Source: Pseudomonas sp. (lineage in GTDB: Bacteria; Pseudomonadota; Gammaproteobacteria; Pseudomonadales; Pseudomonadaceae). Taken from it: a stretch of DNA of 64,000 nt. The stretch is from positions 11,046 to 75,045 of the forward strand of contig NZ_JBFIIG010000002.1 in assembly GCF_041601375.1 (NCBI RefSeq), in the 5' to 3' direction. The translations under genes and the position numbers were made by a program. This document shows, in pieces, positions 9,504 to 23,054 of this stretch. Numbering within the stretch: the first letter of the stretch is position 1; every line of letters starts with the position of its first letter. A model generated the notes under the pieces. That model had not been told where the DNA came from. It worked only from the letters and a program-made list of their open reading frames with translations, and did not search any database.

Positions 9504-11003
9504 ATGCCGCAATCGCCAGACAATCTTCCCCTCGCCTTATACAGCGCCACCCAGGTGCGCGAGCTGGATGCGCGCCTGATCGCCGCCGGTACCCCGGGCT
9601 TCGAGCTGATGAGCCGCGCCGCCCATGCCATCTGGCGGGCGCTGCGCCGTCGTTGGCCGGACGCCGGGACGCTGACGGTGCTGGCCGGGCGCGGCAACAA
9701 TGCCGGCGACGGCTACCTGGTGGCGGCCCTGGCGCTGCGGGCCGGCTGGCAGGTGCGGCTGCTGGCGCTGGGCGATCCGCTGCAGCTGCAGGGCGATGCG
9801 GCGCAGGCGCGCGACGAGGCGCAGGCCGCCGGCGTGACGATCCAGTCCTGGAGTGAGTGCGCCGAGCTGAGCGGGGTGGTGGTCGATGCGCTGCTCGGCA
9901 CCGGCCTCAGCGGTGCGGTGCGCGAACCCTATGCCCAGGCGATTGGCCTGCTCAACGCCAGCGGCCTGCCGGTCCTGGCGGTGGATATTCCCTCGGGTCT
10001 GTGTGCCGACAGCGGTCAGGTGCTGGGCGTGGCCGTGCGTGCGCAGCTGACGGTGACCCTGATCGGCCTGAAGCTGGGGTTGTTCACCGGAGTGGCAGCG
10101 GATTGGGTGGGCGAGCTGGTCTTCGCTGACCTGCAGGCCGAGCCGGCGCTGGTCGCTGCGCAGGCTTGCGTGGCGCAGCGTCTGGACGGAACCAATGTGC
10201 CGCGCTTGCCGGCGCGGCCGCGCACGGTGCACAAGGGGCAATTGGGCCATGTGTTGGTGGTCGGCGGCGATCGCGGCTTGGCCGGCGCCGCCCTGTTGGC
10301 AGCGCAGAGCGCTTTGCGCAGCGGTGCCGGGATGGTTTCCCTGGCGACCCGCGGTGAGCACCTGGCGGCGGCGCAGGCGCGCGTGCCCGAGGTGATGAGC
10401 GCCGCCGTGGCCTCGGCCAATCAACTGCGGGCCTTGGGCGCCGCGGCCAGCGTCTGGGTGGTCGGGCCGGGCCTGGGGCAGGGAGCCTGGGGGCGCAGCC
10501 TGCTGTCGCTGGCGGCGATCACCGAGGCGCCGCAGGTGTGGGACGCCGACGCCTTGAACCTGCTGGCCGCGGCGGCGGTCAAGATGCCGGCTGGTGGCGT
10601 GATCACCCCGCATCCGGGCGAAGCCGCGCGCCTGCTGGGTATCAGTGCCGCCGAGGTACAGGCCGATCGTCCGGCGGCGGCGCGGGCCCTGGCCCGGTGC
10701 TACCAGACGGTGTGCGTGCTCAAGGGCGCGGGTAGCCTGGTGGCGGATCCTGACGGGCAGCTGTTGCTCTGCGATCGCGGTCACCCGGCCATGGCCGGCG
10801 CCGGCCTGGGCGATGTGCTGGCCGGCCTGGTCGGCGCGCTGCTGGCCCAAGGCTTGCCGGCGATGGCGGCGGCCAGTCTGGCGGTCTGGCTGCATGCGCG
10901 TGCCGGCGAGCGTCTGGCCGAACAGGGCTGTGGGTTGGCGGCGAGCGATCTGTGCGCCGCCATTCGTCAATTGTTGCAGGAGCAGTCGGTTTGTCCGAGT
11001 TAG
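9504..11003 (+). CDS. nnr: Bifunctional NAD(P)H-hydrate epimerase/dehydratase (YjeF)
   Basis: GRGNNAGDG, DALLGTG, AVDIPSG, HKGQLG, TPHPGEA, GLGDVLAG. Confidence 0.95.
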   Translation: MPQSPDNLPLALYSATQVRELDARLIAAGTPGFELMSRAAHAIWRALRRRWPDAGTLTVLAGRGNNAGDGYLVAALALRAGWQVRLLALGDPLQLQGDAAQARDEAQAAGVTIQSWSECAELSGVVVDALLGTGLSGAVREPYAQAIGLLNASGLPVLAVDIPSGLCADSGQVLGVAVRAQLTVTLIGLKLGLFTGVAADWVGELVFADLQAEPALVAAQACVAQRLDGTNVPRLPARPRTVHKGQLGHVLVVGGDRGLAGAALLAAQSALRSGAGMVSLATRGEHLAAAQARVPEVMSAAVASANQLRALGAAASVWVVGPGLGQGAWGRSLLSLAAITEAPQVWDADALNLLAAAAVKMPAGGVITPHPGEAARLLGISAAEVQADRPAAARALARCYQTVCVLKGAGSLVADPDGQLLLCDRGHPAMAGAGLGDVLAGLVGALLAQGLPAMAAASLAVWLHARAGERLAEQGCGLAASDLCAAIRQLLQEQSVCPS

Positions 11004-11458
11004 AGCTGTATGCCGCCGATGAGGCGGCGATGTTGACCCTGGGTGCGCGTATTGCCGCGGTCAGTGGCGGGTGTGGGGTGATCTATCTGCATGGCGACCT
11101 GGGGGCGGGGAAGACCACCCTGTCGCGCGGGATCATTCGCGGCCTGGGCCATGCCGGGGCGGTCAAGAGTCCGACCTTCACCCTGGTCGAGCCATACGAG
11201 ATCGGTGCGATCCGGGTGTTCCATTTCGACCTGTATCGCCTGGTCGACCCGGAGGAACTGGAGTACCTGGGGATACGCGACTACTTCGAGGGCGATGCCT
11301 TGTGCCTGGTCGAGTGGCCGGAGCGTGGCGCAGGCGTTTTGCCAAAGGCCGACATGGACATTACCATTACCGCGCAAGCGTCCGGCCGCTGCCTGCATCT
11401 GCGGGCGCAAGGCGAACGTGGCAAAACCTGGTGTGCCACTTTGGCTTCCGGGGCATGA
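10991..11458 (+). CDS. tsaE: tRNA threonylcarbamoyladenosine biosynthesis ATPase
   Basis: GDLGAGKTT, VKSPTFTLVE, HFDLYRL, VEWPE; likely TTG start. Confidence 0.95.
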   Translation: MSELELYAADEAAMLTLGARIAAVSGGCGVIYLHGDLGAGKTTLSRGIIRGLGHAGAVKSPTFTLVEPYEIGAIRVFHFDLYRLVDPEELEYLGIRDYFEGDALCLVEWPERGAGVLPKADMDITITAQASGRCLHLRAQGERGKTWCATLASGA

Positions 11459-11468
11459 TCAAAACAAA

Positions 11469-12899
11469 ATGGGGTCGGGTATGCGCATAGGCGCGCGTTT
11501 CATCGCGGTTGGAGTGGTGCTGGCGGCGCTGGCTGTCGAGGTTTTTGCCGCTTCGGATGTGCGCAGCGTCAGGCTGTGGCGTGCGCCGGACAACACGCGC
11601 CTGGTGTTCGACCTGTCCGGTCCGGTGCAGCACAGTGTCTTTACCCTCACGGCGCCGAACCGCATCGTCATCGATGTCAGTGGCGCCAAGCTGGCGACCG
11701 GCTTCGATAACCTGGCGCTGAGCAATACGCCGATTACCGGCGTGCGTTCGGCGCAACGCACGGCCGACGAGTTGCGCGTGGTGATCGACCTGTCGGCGCA
11801 GGTCACGCCGAAGAGCTTCGTCCTGGCGCCCAATCAGCAATACGGCCATCGCCTGGTGGTCGATCTGTTCGATCAGGCGGCGGGTGCTGCTCCCGGCCTG
11901 CCCGTGACTCAGGTGGCCAGTGCGCCAGTGGTGCCGGTCACGCCGACCCGGGTGCCGGCGAAATTGACCCCGCTGCCCAGCGGCAAGCGCGATATCGTCA
12001 TCGCCATCGATGCCGGTCACGGCGGCGAAGACCCGGGCGCTCTGTCGCCGGTCAAGGGCCAGTTCGAGAAGCACGTGACCCTGGCTATCGCCAAGGAACT
12101 GCAGCGCCAGATCAACGCCGAGAAAGGCTTTCGCGGCGAGTTGGTGCGCACCGGCGACTATTTCATCCCGTTGCGCAAACGCACCGACATCGCGCGCAAG
12201 AAGGGCGCCGATCTGTTCGTCTCGATTCATGCCGATGCGGCGCCGCGGGCGGCGGCCTTTGGCGCCTCGGTGTATGCCCTGTCGGATCGCGGCGCCACCT
12301 CGGAGACTGCGCGCTGGCTGGCCGACTCGGAGAACCAGTCGGACCTGATTGGCGGCGCCGGCAATGTCAGCCTGGACGATAAGGACCGCATGCTGGCCGG
12401 GGTGTTGCTGGATTTGTCGATGACCGCGTCGCTGTCGTCCAGCCTGAATGTCGGCAACAAGGTATTGAGCAATATGGGGCGCATCACCCCGCTGCATAAG
12501 CGGCGGGTCGAGCAGGCCGGTTTCATGGTGCTCAAGTCGCCGGACATGCCGTCGATCCTGGTCGAGACCGGGTTCATCTCCAACCCCCAGGAAGCCCGCA
12601 AGCTGGCCAGTGCGGGCCACCAGCAGGCGCTGGCACGCTCCATCGTGACCGGGGTGCGCCAGTTCTTCCAACAGAACCCGCCACCCGGCAGCTACCTCGC
12701 CTGGCAGCGCGATAACGGCAAGATCGTCCAGGGTCCGCGCGAACACGTGGTCAGCTCCGGCGAGAGCCTGGCGTTGATCGCCCTGCGTTATCAGGTCAGT
12801 CTCGGCGCCCTGCGCAGCGCCAATTCGCTGCGCTCCGACGTGATCAAGGTCGGCCAGGTCCTGCAGGTTCCGGCCACGGCGCTGGCGGTTCAGCCATGA
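11469..12899 (+). CDS. amiB: N-acetylmuramoyl-L-alanine amidase (AMIN-Amidase_3-LysM)
   Basis: [34 protein letters not shown]-terminal LysM. Confidence 0.94.
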   Translation: MGSGMRIGARFIAVGVVLAALAVEVFAASDVRSVRLWRAPDNTRLVFDLSGPVQHSVFTLTAPNRIVIDVSGAKLATGFDNLALSNTPITGVRSAQRTADELRVVIDLSAQVTPKSFVLAPNQQYGHRLVVDLFDQAAGAAPGLPVTQVASAPVVPVTPTRVPAKLTPLPSGKRDIVIAIDAGHGGEDPGALSPVKGQFEKHVTLAIAKELQRQINAEKGFRGELVRTGDYFIPLRKRTDIARKKGADLFVSIHADAAPRAAAFGASVYALSDRGATSETARWLADSENQSDLIGGAGNVSLDDKDRMLAGVLLDLSMTASLSSSLNVGNKVLSNMGRITPLHKRRVEQAGFMVLKSPDMPSILVETGFISNPQEARKLASAGHQQALARSIVTGVRQFFQQNPPPGSYLAWQRDNGKIVQGPREHVVSSGESLALIALRYQVSLGALRSANSLRSDVIKVGQVLQVPATALAVQP

Positions 12900-14767
12900 G
12901 CGGTGATGCGCGTATCCAGCTGCTGAGCCCGCGCCTGGCCAACCAGATCGCTGCCGGTGAGGTGGTCGAGCGGCCCGCCTCGGTGATCAAGGAATTGCTC
13001 GAGAACAGCCTGGACTCCGGCGCCAAGCGTATCGAGGTGGATATCGAGCAGGGCGGGGTCAAGCTGCTGCGCGTGCGCGACGACGGCAGCGGCATCGCGG
13101 CGGACGATCTGCCGCTGGCGTTGGCCCGGCATGCCACCAGCAAGATCCGTGAGCTCGAGGACCTCGAGCAGGTCATGAGCCTGGGGTTTCGCGGCGAGGC
13201 CCTGGCCTCGATCAGCTCGGTCGCGCGCCTGACCCTGACCTCGCGCACGGCCGATGCCGCACAGGCCTGGCAGGTGGAGACCGAAGGTCGCGACATGCAG
13301 CCGCGCGTGCAGCCGGCGGCGCACCCGGTGGGCACCTCGGTGGAGGTGCGCGACCTGTTCTTCAATACCCCGGCGCGGCGCAAATTCCTCAAGACCGAAA
13401 AAACCGAATTCGATCACCTGCAGGAAGTCATCAAGCGCCTGGCGCTGGCGCGTTTCGACGTGGCCTTTCACCTGCGCCATAACGGCAAGACCGTGCTCGG
13501 CTTGCACGAGGCGCATGACGATGTCAGTCGTGCGCGGCGGGTGGCCTCGGTTTGCGGGGCGGCCTTTCTCGAACAGGCGTTGCCCATCGAGGTCGAACGC
13601 AATGGCCTGCGCCTGTGGGGCTGGGTCGGCTTGCCGACCTTCTCGCGCAGCCAGGCCGATCTGCAGCATTTCTTCGTTAACGGGCGCACGGTGCGCGACA
13701 AGCTGGTCGCCCATGCGGTGCGCCAGGCCTATCGCGACGTGCTGTTCAATGGCCGTCATCCGACCTTCGTGCTGTTTCTGGAGATCGACCCCGCGGTGGT
13801 CGATGTCAACGTGCACCCGACCAAGCACGAAGTACGCTTTCGCGACGGGCGCATGGTCCATGACTTCCTCTACGGCACCCTGCACCGCGCCCTGGGCGAT
13901 GTACGTCCGGAGGATCAACTGGCCGCACCGGCAGCGGTGAGCGGCATGCTGGTGCCGACCGGGCAGGCGGCCGGCGAGTTCGGCCCGCAGGGTGAGATCG
14001 GCCTGGCCGCCAGTTTGCTCGAGCCGACGCCGCGCGAGTCGGTCTGGCGCTCGCCGGGGGCCGGTTATCAGGGGCAGCGGCCGCCAGCCGGGTCGTCGGC
14101 CGGCGAGACGCAGGGCGCCTACCGCGAGTTTTTCGCGCCGCTGGCGGCCGCGCCGGCGAGCCTGCCCGAGGCTCAGGGCGATGTGCCGCCGCTCGGTTAT
14201 GCCGTCGCCCAGCTCAAGGGCGTGTATATCCTCGCCGAGAACGTGCCGGGCCTGGTGCTGGTCGACATGCATGCGGCGCACGAGCGCATCACCTATGAGC
14301 GACTGAAGGTCGCCATGGCCAGCGAGGGCCTGCGCGGCCAGCCGTTGCTGGTGCCCGAGTCGCTGGCCGTCAGTCAGCGCGAGGCCGATTGCGCCGAGGA
14401 ACATGTGACCTGGTTCCAGCGTCTGGGCTTCGAGTTGCAGCGTCTGGGCCCGGAAAGCCTGGCGATCCGGCAGATCCCCGCGCTGCTCAAACAGGCCGAG
14501 GCCAATCGATTGGTCGCCGATGTGCTGGCCGATCTGCTCGAGTACGGCACCAGTGACCGGATCCAGGCGCACCTCAACGAGTTGCTTGGGACCATGGCCT
14601 GTCACGGGGCGATACGCGCCAATCGGCGCCTGACCCTGCCGGAAATGAATGCCCTGCTGCGTGACATGGAGCACACCGAGCGCAGCGGCCAGTGCAACCA
14701 TGGGCGGCCGACCTGGACCCAGTTGGGCATGGATGATCTGGATAAGCTGTTCCTGCGTGGCCGGTGA
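12896..14767 (+). CDS. mutL: DNA mismatch repair protein MutL
   Basis: [43 protein letters not shown]. Confidence 0.98.
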   Translation: MSGDARIQLLSPRLANQIAAGEVVERPASVIKELLENSLDSGAKRIEVDIEQGGVKLLRVRDDGSGIAADDLPLALARHATSKIRELEDLEQVMSLGFRGEALASISSVARLTLTSRTADAAQAWQVETEGRDMQPRVQPAAHPVGTSVEVRDLFFNTPARRKFLKTEKTEFDHLQEVIKRLALARFDVAFHLRHNGKTVLGLHEAHDDVSRARRVASVCGAAFLEQALPIEVERNGLRLWGWVGLPTFSRSQADLQHFFVNGRTVRDKLVAHAVRQAYRDVLFNGRHPTFVLFLEIDPAVVDVNVHPTKHEVRFRDGRMVHDFLYGTLHRALGDVRPEDQLAAPAAVSGMLVPTGQAAGEFGPQGEIGLAASLLEPTPRESVWRSPGAGYQGQRPPAGSSAGETQGAYREFFAPLAAAPASLPEAQGDVPPLGYAVAQLKGVYILAENVPGLVLVDMHAAHERITYERLKVAMASEGLRGQPLLVPESLAVSQREADCAEEHVTWFQRLGFELQRLGPESLAIRQIPALLKQAEANRLVADVLADLLEYGTSDRIQAHLNELLGTMACHGAIRANRRLTLPEMNALLRDMEHTERSGQCNHGRPTWTQLGMDDLDKLFLRGR

Positions 14768-14788
14768 AACGCGCTGGTGGTTGAACTT

Positions 14789-14929
14789 GTAGGGGCGGGC
14801 CGAAGCCCATGGCCGCGATTGTCCAGGTTCGCGGGCATGGGGCTGCGCGTCCGCCCGTTGCTACGAAAATGTTGCTCGGTCCCCAGTCGTAGGATGGGGC
14901 GGGCCGCGTAGGCGGCCCCCTCATCCTAC
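14789..14929. repeat. Two GTAG-type REP-like palindromes
   Basis: GTAGGGGCGG...CCGCCCGTTGCTAC (14789-14864) and GTAGGATG...CATCCTAC (14889-14929). Confidence 0.65.
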
Positions 14930-14956
14930 AGCTCGCCCATTTTTCAGAGTCCGCCG

Positions 14957-15928
14957 ATGCCCCAGTTGCCCCCCGCCATCTTCCTGATGGGACCCACCGC
15001 CGCCGGCAAGACCGATCTGGCCCTCGAGCTGGCGCGGGTGCTGCCGTGCGAGTTGATCAGTGTCGACTCGGCCTTGATCTATCGCGGCATGGACATCGGC
15101 ACCGCCAAGCCCGATAAAGCCACCCTGGCCGAATTCCCCCATCGCCTGATCGATATCCGCGACCCGGCCGAGAGCTACTCGGCCGCCGAGTTTCGTGCCG
15201 ACGCCCTGGCGGCGATGGCCGAGATCAGCGCGCGCGGGCGCATTCCGCTGCTGGTCGGCGGCACCATGCTGTATTACAAGGCGTTGCTCGAGGGGCTGGC
15301 CGATATGCCCGGCGCCGATCCGCAGGTGCGCGCCGAGCTGGAAGGGCGCGCCCAGGCCGAAGGCTGGCAGGCCCTGCACCGCGAGTTGCAGGCGGTCGAT
15401 CCGGAGTCCGCGGCGCGTATCCATCCCAATGACCCGCAGCGCCTGGTTCGGGCGCTGGAGGTCTACCGCGTCAGCGGTTTGAGCATGACCGCGCACCGTC
15501 AGCGCCAGGCCGAGCAAAATCATCTGATGGGCGCATCCGCTGCGGGGCAATTCCCTTATACTGTCGCGCACCTGGCCATTGCTCCGGCGCAGCGCCAGAT
15601 GCTGCATGCGCGAATTGCGCAACGATTCCAGGCGATGTTGGAACAAGGCTTTGTCGAGGAGGTCGAAGGCCTGCGCCAGAGAAGTGACCTGCATCCGCGA
15701 TTGCCGTCTATACGAGCGGTGGGCTATCGCCAGGTGTGGGATTATCTCGAGGGTAATCTGAGCGAGGCGCAGATGCGCGAGCGTGGCATCATCGCCACGC
15801 GGCAGCTGGCCAAAAGACAGTTTACCTGGTTGCGCAGCTGGGCCGATGTGCACTGGCTGGATAGCTTGGCTTGTGACAATTTGCCGCGCGCCTTGAAATA
15901 CCTGGCAGCGGACTCCATATTGACCTGA
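14957..15928 (+). CDS. miaA: tRNA dimethylallyltransferase
   Basis: [37 protein letters not shown]. Confidence 0.97.
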   Translation: MPQLPPAIFLMGPTAAGKTDLALELARVLPCELISVDSALIYRGMDIGTAKPDKATLAEFPHRLIDIRDPAESYSAAEFRADALAAMAEISARGRIPLLVGGTMLYYKALLEGLADMPGADPQVRAELEGRAQAEGWQALHRELQAVDPESAARIHPNDPQRLVRALEVYRVSGLSMTAHRQRQAEQNHLMGASAAGQFPYTVAHLAIAPAQRQMLHARIAQRFQAMLEQGFVEEVEGLRQRSDLHPRLPSIRAVGYRQVWDYLEGNLSEAQMRERGIIATRQLAKRQFTWLRSWADVHWLDSLACDNLPRALKYLAADSILT

Positions 15929-16009
15929 GACCTTGCCATTGGCCGTCTATCCTTGGGGGTATGGCGGCCTGAAGTTGTTTATTGTCTTACTAAAACTATT
16001 AATTATTGA

Positions 16010-16291
<282 letters not shown>

Positions 16292-16305
16292 TTTAGGAGG
16301 TCGTA

Positions 16306-17607
16306 TTGTTCTTCGAGCGCCATGAAGGGGGTGAGCGGGCCGTCCTGGTTCATCTGGACGGTCAAGACTCCGCGGCGCGTGAAGATCCGCAAGAGTTTCA
16401 GGAGCTGGCCATCTCGGCCGGGGCCGATGCGGTGGCCTTCCTTAGCGTGCCGAGTAGCCGGCTGACGGCAAAATACCTGATTGGCAGTGGCAAGGTCGCG
16501 GAGTTGCGCGATCAGGTCAAGGTGCTCGAGGCCGATCTGGTGATCTTCAATCACGTCCTCACGCCCAGTCAGGAGCGCAACCTCGAGCGGGTTTTCGAGT
16601 GCCGGGTGCTGGATCGAACCGGGCTGATTCTCGATATTTTCGCTCAGCGCGCGCGCACTCACGAAGGCAAGCTGCAGGTCGAGCTGGCCCAGCTGGATCA
16701 CCTGAGCACCCGGCTGGTGCGTGGCTGGACCCACCTGGAGCGGCAGAAGGGCGGTATCGGTCTGCGCGGTCCGGGTGAGACTCAGCTGGAAACCGACCGG
16801 CGTCTGTTGCGGGTGCGCATTCGCCAGATCAAGCAGAAGCTGGAGAAGGTGCGCAGCCAGCGCGAGCAGGCCCGGCGAGGGCGCAGACGCGCGGATATCC
16901 CTTCGGTGTCTTTGGTCGGCTATACCAACGCCGGCAAGTCGACCCTGTTCAATAACCTGACCGAATCCGATGTCTACGCTGCCGATCAGTTGTTCGCCAC
17001 CCTGGACCCGACTCTGCGGCGCTTGGAGCTGGACGATCTGGGGCCGGTGGTGTTGGCCGATACCGTGGGCTTTATCCGTCACCTGCCGCATAAACTGGTC
17101 GAAGCCTTCCGGGCGACCCTGGAGGAGTCGAGCAACTCAGACCTGCTCCTGCATGTGATCGATGCGCATGAGCCTGAGCGCGATCAGCAGATCGAGCAGG
17201 TCATGGCGGTGTTGGGTGAGATCGGTGCGCACGAGTTGCCGCTGCTCGAGGTATACAACAAGCTTGATCTGCTCGAGGGGGTCGAGCCGCAAATTCAGCG
17301 CGACGCCGACGGCAAGCCGCAGCGGGTCTGGTTGTCTGCCCGTGACGGGCGTGGTCTGCCTTTGTTGAAGCAGGCCATTGCCGAGTTGTTGGGCGATGAC
17401 CTGTTTATCGCTACATTGCAGTTGCCGCAGGGCCTGGCGCGGCTGCGCGCGCAATTTTTTGCCCTGGGTGCGGTGCAAAGCGAGGAGCATGCCGAGGATG
17501 GCAGCAGTCTGCTGGCAGTACGCCTGCCGCGGGTCGAGTTGAATCGGCTGGTCACCCGGGCAGGTTTGAAACCATTGGAATTTATCGAGCAACACACTTT
17601 GCAATAA
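16306..17607 (+). CDS. hflX: Ribosome-splitting GTPase HflX
   Basis: GPGETQLETDRR, GYTNAGKS, FATLDPT, DTVGFI. Confidence 0.97.
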   Translation: MFFERHEGGERAVLVHLDGQDSAAREDPQEFQELAISAGADAVAFLSVPSSRLTAKYLIGSGKVAELRDQVKVLEADLVIFNHVLTPSQERNLERVFECRVLDRTGLILDIFAQRARTHEGKLQVELAQLDHLSTRLVRGWTHLERQKGGIGLRGPGETQLETDRRLLRVRIRQIKQKLEKVRSQREQARRGRRRADIPSVSLVGYTNAGKSTLFNNLTESDVYAADQLFATLDPTLRRLELDDLGPVVLADTVGFIRHLPHKLVEAFRATLEESSNSDLLLHVIDAHEPERDQQIEQVMAVLGEIGAHELPLLEVYNKLDLLEGVEPQIQRDADGKPQRVWLSARDGRGLPLLKQAIAELLGDDLFIATLQLPQGLARLRAQFFALGAVQSEEHAEDGSSLLAVRLPRVELNRLVTRAGLKPLEFIEQHTLQ

Positions 17608-17703
17608 AGCCTGCGTCAGTGGCTTTGCCGCTGGCGGCTGGCATTCGGTAGCATTGGTCGGCGCGCCGTGGGCGCGTCTTTGCTTTATTAGATGGAGAGC
17701 GCT

Positions 17704-18858
17704 ATGGCTTGGAATGAGCCGGGTGGCAACTCGAACAATCAGGATCCTTGGGGCGGCCGCAAAGGCGGTGATCGCAAGGGGCCGCCGGATCTCGACGAGG
17801 CCTTCCGCAAGCTGCAGGAAAGCCTCAACGGGCTGTTCGGTGGCGGTAAGAAACGTGGCGGTGATGACGGTGCTGGCAGGGGCGGTGGTTTCGGTCTGCT
17901 ATTCGTCGGCTTGGCCGTGCTCGCGGCCGTTTGGCTGTATAGCGCGATCTACGTGATCGATGAGCAGGAACAGGCCGTAGTGCTGCGTTTCGGCAAGTAC
18001 CACGAGACCGTAGGGCCGGGCCTGAACATCTACTTCCCGCCGATCGATCGCAAGTTCCAGGAGAACGTCACCCGCGAGCGTGCCTACAGCAAGCAGGGGC
18101 AGATGCTCACCGAGGACGAGAACATCATCGAGGTGCCGCTGACCGTGCAGTACAAGATCAGCAACCTGCAGGATTTCGTGCTCAACGTCGATCAGCCCGA
18201 GGTCAGCTTGCAGCATGCGACCGACAGCGCGGTACGCCACGTGGTTGGCTCCACCGAGATGGATCAGGTGCTGACCGAAGGTCGTGAGCTGATGGCCAGC
18301 GAGGTCAAGGATCGTTTGCAGCGCTTCCTCGATACTTATCGCACCGGCATCAATGTCACTCAGGTCAACCTGCAGAGTGCGGCGGCGCCGCGCGAAGTGC
18401 AGGACGCCTTCGATGACGTGATCCGTGCCCGTGAAGACGAGCAGCGCGAGAAGAACCTGGCGGAAACCTATGCCAACGGCGTGGTGCCGGAGGCCCGTGG
18501 TCAAGCCCAGCGCTTGATCGAAGATGCCAGCGGTTACCGTGATGAAGTGGTTTCCCGCGCAACGGGTGAGGCGGATCGCTTTACCGCGTTGGTGGCCGAG
18601 TACCGCAAGGCGCCGGAAGTCACGCGTGAGCGTTTGTACCTGGACACCATGCAGGAACTGATGAGCAATACCAGCAAGGTGCTGGTGACCGGCGACAAGG
18701 GGCAGAACAACCTGCTCTATCTGCCGCTGGATAAAATGATCGACGGTCGTAGCAGCGCTGGAGCCAGTGCCGTGTCGGGTGCAGGGGCCGCCGAACTGGG
18801 GGCGCGCACGAGCAGTAATCCGGGTCAGGTTGAGCTGCGTACAAGGGAGAGCCGCTGA
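17704..18858 (+). CDS. hflK: FtsH modulator HflK
   Basis: MAWNEPG...GPPDLDE N-terminus and SPFH domain. Confidence 0.97.
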   Translation: MAWNEPGGNSNNQDPWGGRKGGDRKGPPDLDEAFRKLQESLNGLFGGGKKRGGDDGAGRGGGFGLLFVGLAVLAAVWLYSAIYVIDEQEQAVVLRFGKYHETVGPGLNIYFPPIDRKFQENVTRERAYSKQGQMLTEDENIIEVPLTVQYKISNLQDFVLNVDQPEVSLQHATDSAVRHVVGSTEMDQVLTEGRELMASEVKDRLQRFLDTYRTGINVTQVNLQSAAAPREVQDAFDDVIRAREDEQREKNLAETYANGVVPEARGQAQRLIEDASGYRDEVVSRATGEADRFTALVAEYRKAPEVTRERLYLDTMQELMSNTSKVLVTGDKGQNNLLYLPLDKMIDGRSSAGASAVSGAGAAELGARTSSNPGQVELRTRESR

Positions 18859-19727
18859 TGAGCAATAAATCGCTGATCGCCCTGATTGTCGGCGTAGTCC
18901 TGGCGCTGGTTGCCTGGAACAGCTTCTATATCGTGGCGCAAACCGAGCGTGCGGTGCTGCTGCAGTTCGGTCGAATCGTCCAGCCGGACGTGCAGCCGGG
19001 TTTGCATGTGAAGATTCCTTACGTCAATCAGGTGCGCAAGTTCGATGCACGCCTGCTGACCCTGGATGCTTCCAGCTCGCGTTTCCTCACCCTGGAAAAG
19101 AAAGCGCTGATGGTCGACGCCTTCGCCAAGTGGCGGGTACTCGATGCCGAGCAATACTACACTGCGACTTCCGGCATCAAGCAGATCGCCGACGAGCGTC
19201 TGGCGCGGCGCCTGGAGGCTTCGCTGCGTGACCAGTTCGGTAAGCGCACGCTGCACGAGTCGGTGTCCGGCGAGCGTGATGCACTGATGGCGGACGTTAC
19301 GGCTTCGCTCAACCGTGCGGCGCAGCGTGAGCTGGGTATTGAGGTGGTGGATGTGCGGGTCAAGGCCATCGACCTGCCGAAAGAGGTCAACCGCAGCGTG
19401 TTCGATCGCATGAGTTCCGAGCGTCAGCGTGAGGCTCGCGAGCATCGGGCCAAGGGTAAGGAGCTGGCCGAAGGTATTCGGGCCGATGCCGATCGTCAGC
19501 GCCGCGTGCTGCTGGCCGATGCCTATCGCCAGGCCGAAGAGCTGCGCGGTGATGGCGATGCCCAGGCGGCGGCCATCTACTCCAAGGCGTATGGCCAGGA
19601 CCAGGAGTTCTACTCGTTCTATCGCAGCCTGAGGGCTTACCGCGAGAGCTTCGCGGATAAGCGTGATGTGCTGGTGCTTGATCCGAGCAGTGACTTCTTC
19701 CGCTATCTGGAAAAGTCCAAGCCCTGA
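18858..19727 (+). CDS. hflC: FtsH modulator HflC
   Basis: SPFH domain, FYSFYRSL, SDFFRYL; overlaps the hflK stop. Confidence 0.97.
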   Translation: MSNKSLIALIVGVVLALVAWNSFYIVAQTERAVLLQFGRIVQPDVQPGLHVKIPYVNQVRKFDARLLTLDASSSRFLTLEKKALMVDAFAKWRVLDAEQYYTATSGIKQIADERLARRLEASLRDQFGKRTLHESVSGERDALMADVTASLNRAAQRELGIEVVDVRVKAIDLPKEVNRSVFDRMSSERQREAREHRAKGKELAEGIRADADRQRRVLLADAYRQAEELRGDGDAQAAAIYSKAYGQDQEFYSFYRSLRAYRESFADKRDVLVLDPSSDFFRYLEKSKP

Positions 19728-19728
19728 G

Positions 19729-19793
19729 GCAGCTGCAGGCTGCAAGTAGGCGCTGGATGCTTACTTGCAGCCTGAAGCTTGTGGCTTGCGGCT
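19729..19793. repeat. Heptamer-based (GCTGCAA-like) inverted repeat
   Basis: CAGGCTGCAAGTAGGC...GCTTACTTGCAGCCTG hairpin with 7-nt periodic flanks. Confidence 0.6.
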
Positions 19794-19853
19794 TTGCGCG
19801 TGTTATCATTGGGCAGCCGGGAAAATCCCGGCTTTTTTGCGTCTGTGGGTCTC

Positions 19854-20039
19854 ATGTGGCAGGAATTGGGCATTGCGTTTTGTCTATTGCTGGTTCTGGA
19901 AGGCATCCTGCCCTTCCTCTGCCCGCGCCATTGGCGTGAGGCAGTCGCACAGCTTGCACGGCTGTCGGATCGACGACTGCGACTGATGGGGCTGGCCAGC
20001 ATGTTGCTGGGTACAGCTCTCCTTTATCTGCTTCACTGA
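19854..20039 (+). CDS. DUF2065 (YjeT-like) small membrane protein
   Basis: [19 protein letters not shown]; usual position between hflC and hisZ. Confidence 0.88.
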   Translation: MWQELGIAFCLLLVLEGILPFLCPRHWREAVAQLARLSDRRLRLMGLASMLLGTALLYLLH

Positions 20040-20076
20040 AGGCTTGTGCCGCCCGGTTCAAGAGGGGAATGGCGAA

Positions 20077-21264
20077 ATGGCAACGGTAGACCGCTGGCTA
20101 CTGCCAGATGGCATCGAAGAAGTACTGCCGCCGGAAGCGGCGCGCATCGAAGTCGCGCGCCGTCAGGTGCTGGATCTGTTCCAGCGCTGGGGCTATGAAT
20201 TCGTGGTGACGCCGCATATCGAATACCTGGAATCGCTGCTGACCGGCGCGGGCCGGGATCTGGATCTGCGCACCTTCAAGGTGACCGACCCGCTGTCGGG
20301 TCGGCAGATGGGCTTTCGTGCCGATATCACGCCGCAAGTGGCGCGGATCGACGCGCACACCCTGCGCCGCGAAGGGCCGAGCCGGCTGTGCTATGCAGGC
20401 AGCGTGGTGCATGCGCAGCCGCGGGCATTGACCACCTCGCGCAGCCCGATTCAGTTGGGTGCCGAGTTGTATGGCGATGCCAGTCCGGCCAGTGATGTAG
20501 AGGTCATCAGCCTGCTGGTGGATACCCTGGAGCTGGCACAGGTGCCCGATATTCATATGGATCTCGGTCATGTCGGGATCTACCGTGGCCTGGCGCGTGC
20601 CGCCGGCTTGTCTGGCGAGGTCGAGCAGCAGCTGTTCGATGCGCTGCAGCGCAAGGCCATGGATGAGATTGTGCTGCTGACCGAGGCCCTGCCGGCTGCG
20701 CTATGCAAGATGTTGCGCGCCCTGGCCGAGCTCTGCGGCGGTCGGGAAGTGCTTGACCTGGCGCAGGCGTGCCTGGTCGAGGCGCCGGATGATGTGCATG
20801 CGGCGCTGGATGACTTGCTGGCGATTGCCGATGCGTTGAGCCTGCGCTATCCGGAGTTGCCGTTGTACTTCGATCTGGGTGAGTTGCGCGGCTATCGCTA
20901 TCACACCGGCGTGGTCTTTGCGGCCTTCGTGCCGGGTGTCGGTCAGTCGATAGCCCAGGGCGGTCGCTATGACGATATCGGCGCGGATTTCGGTCGGGCG
21001 CGTCCGGCGACGGGGTTCTCCACCGATCTGAAGACCCTGGTCAGTCTTGGGCAGATGCCGCTCGGTGAGCTGCCGGCGGGCATCTGGGCGCCGGACCAGC
21101 ATGATCTGTACCTGTGGCGTGCGGTGCAGCGCCTGCGCGGTGAGGGCGAGCGCGTGGTGCAGGCGCTGCCTGGGCAGGCTTTGGCCGATGCTCACGAGGT
21201 GGGCTGTGATCGTCAATTATTGCTGAGTGATGGCCGCTGGCAGGTAATGCCGTTGGTCGATTGA
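20077..21264 (+). CDS. hisZ: ATP phosphoribosyltransferase regulatory subunit
   Basis: [28 protein letters not shown]. Confidence 0.96.
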   Translation: MATVDRWLLPDGIEEVLPPEAARIEVARRQVLDLFQRWGYEFVVTPHIEYLESLLTGAGRDLDLRTFKVTDPLSGRQMGFRADITPQVARIDAHTLRREGPSRLCYAGSVVHAQPRALTTSRSPIQLGAELYGDASPASDVEVISLLVDTLELAQVPDIHMDLGHVGIYRGLARAAGLSGEVEQQLFDALQRKAMDEIVLLTEALPAALCKMLRALAELCGGREVLDLAQACLVEAPDDVHAALDDLLAIADALSLRYPELPLYFDLGELRGYRYHTGVVFAAFVPGVGQSIAQGGRYDDIGADFGRARPATGFSTDLKTLVSLGQMPLGELPAGIWAPDQHDLYLWRAVQRLRGEGERVVQALPGQALADAHEVGCDRQLLLSDGRWQVMPLVD

Positions 21265-21355
21265 GCTGATCCAGGTTGGTCAGGTGCTGGCGCTATCCCG
21301 CTGCGGGTCGTTCACACTGATCATCTTGGTGGGCTGCCCAGGCGGGCCGTCCTGA

Positions 21356-22735
<1,380 letters not shown>

Positions 22736-22913
22736 GAGCTTGTGAAAAAACTCGCGCCTACTGCGACCGCCCCCTGGCGTCCGCTGCTGGTGTTGCGTTA
22801 AGCGAAAAGCAGGGTCATTTAGCTCACTAAACTCCCCTGTTTTTCTCATAGCGCGCCTTGCCGCGAACAGCGGGAGACGCTCTCGCTACGGCGCTCGATA
22901 TTTTCACAGCCTC
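22736..22913. mobile_element. MITE-like element, family A (longest copy)
   Basis: GAGCTTGTGAAAA...TTTTCACAGCCTC flanked by TGA direct repeats (22733-22735 is the purA stop; 22914-22916). Confidence 0.82.
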
Positions 22914-23054
22914 TGATTGTCGTGAGCTGTACAGCAACGGGTCGCCATGGGCGGCCCTTTGTCGTTTGAGGCGATGGCTTCAGTTTTCTATTTTGCGGCC
23001 GATCATTGCTTACAAGCTGTTCTGATTTGAAAAAGGAGTGGAGCCTTGTCCGCC

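Noticed and set aside
19729-19793. Periodic repeats as a CRISPR array
   Set aside because: Short 7-nt units forming a hairpin; no constant repeat with unique spacers and no cas genes
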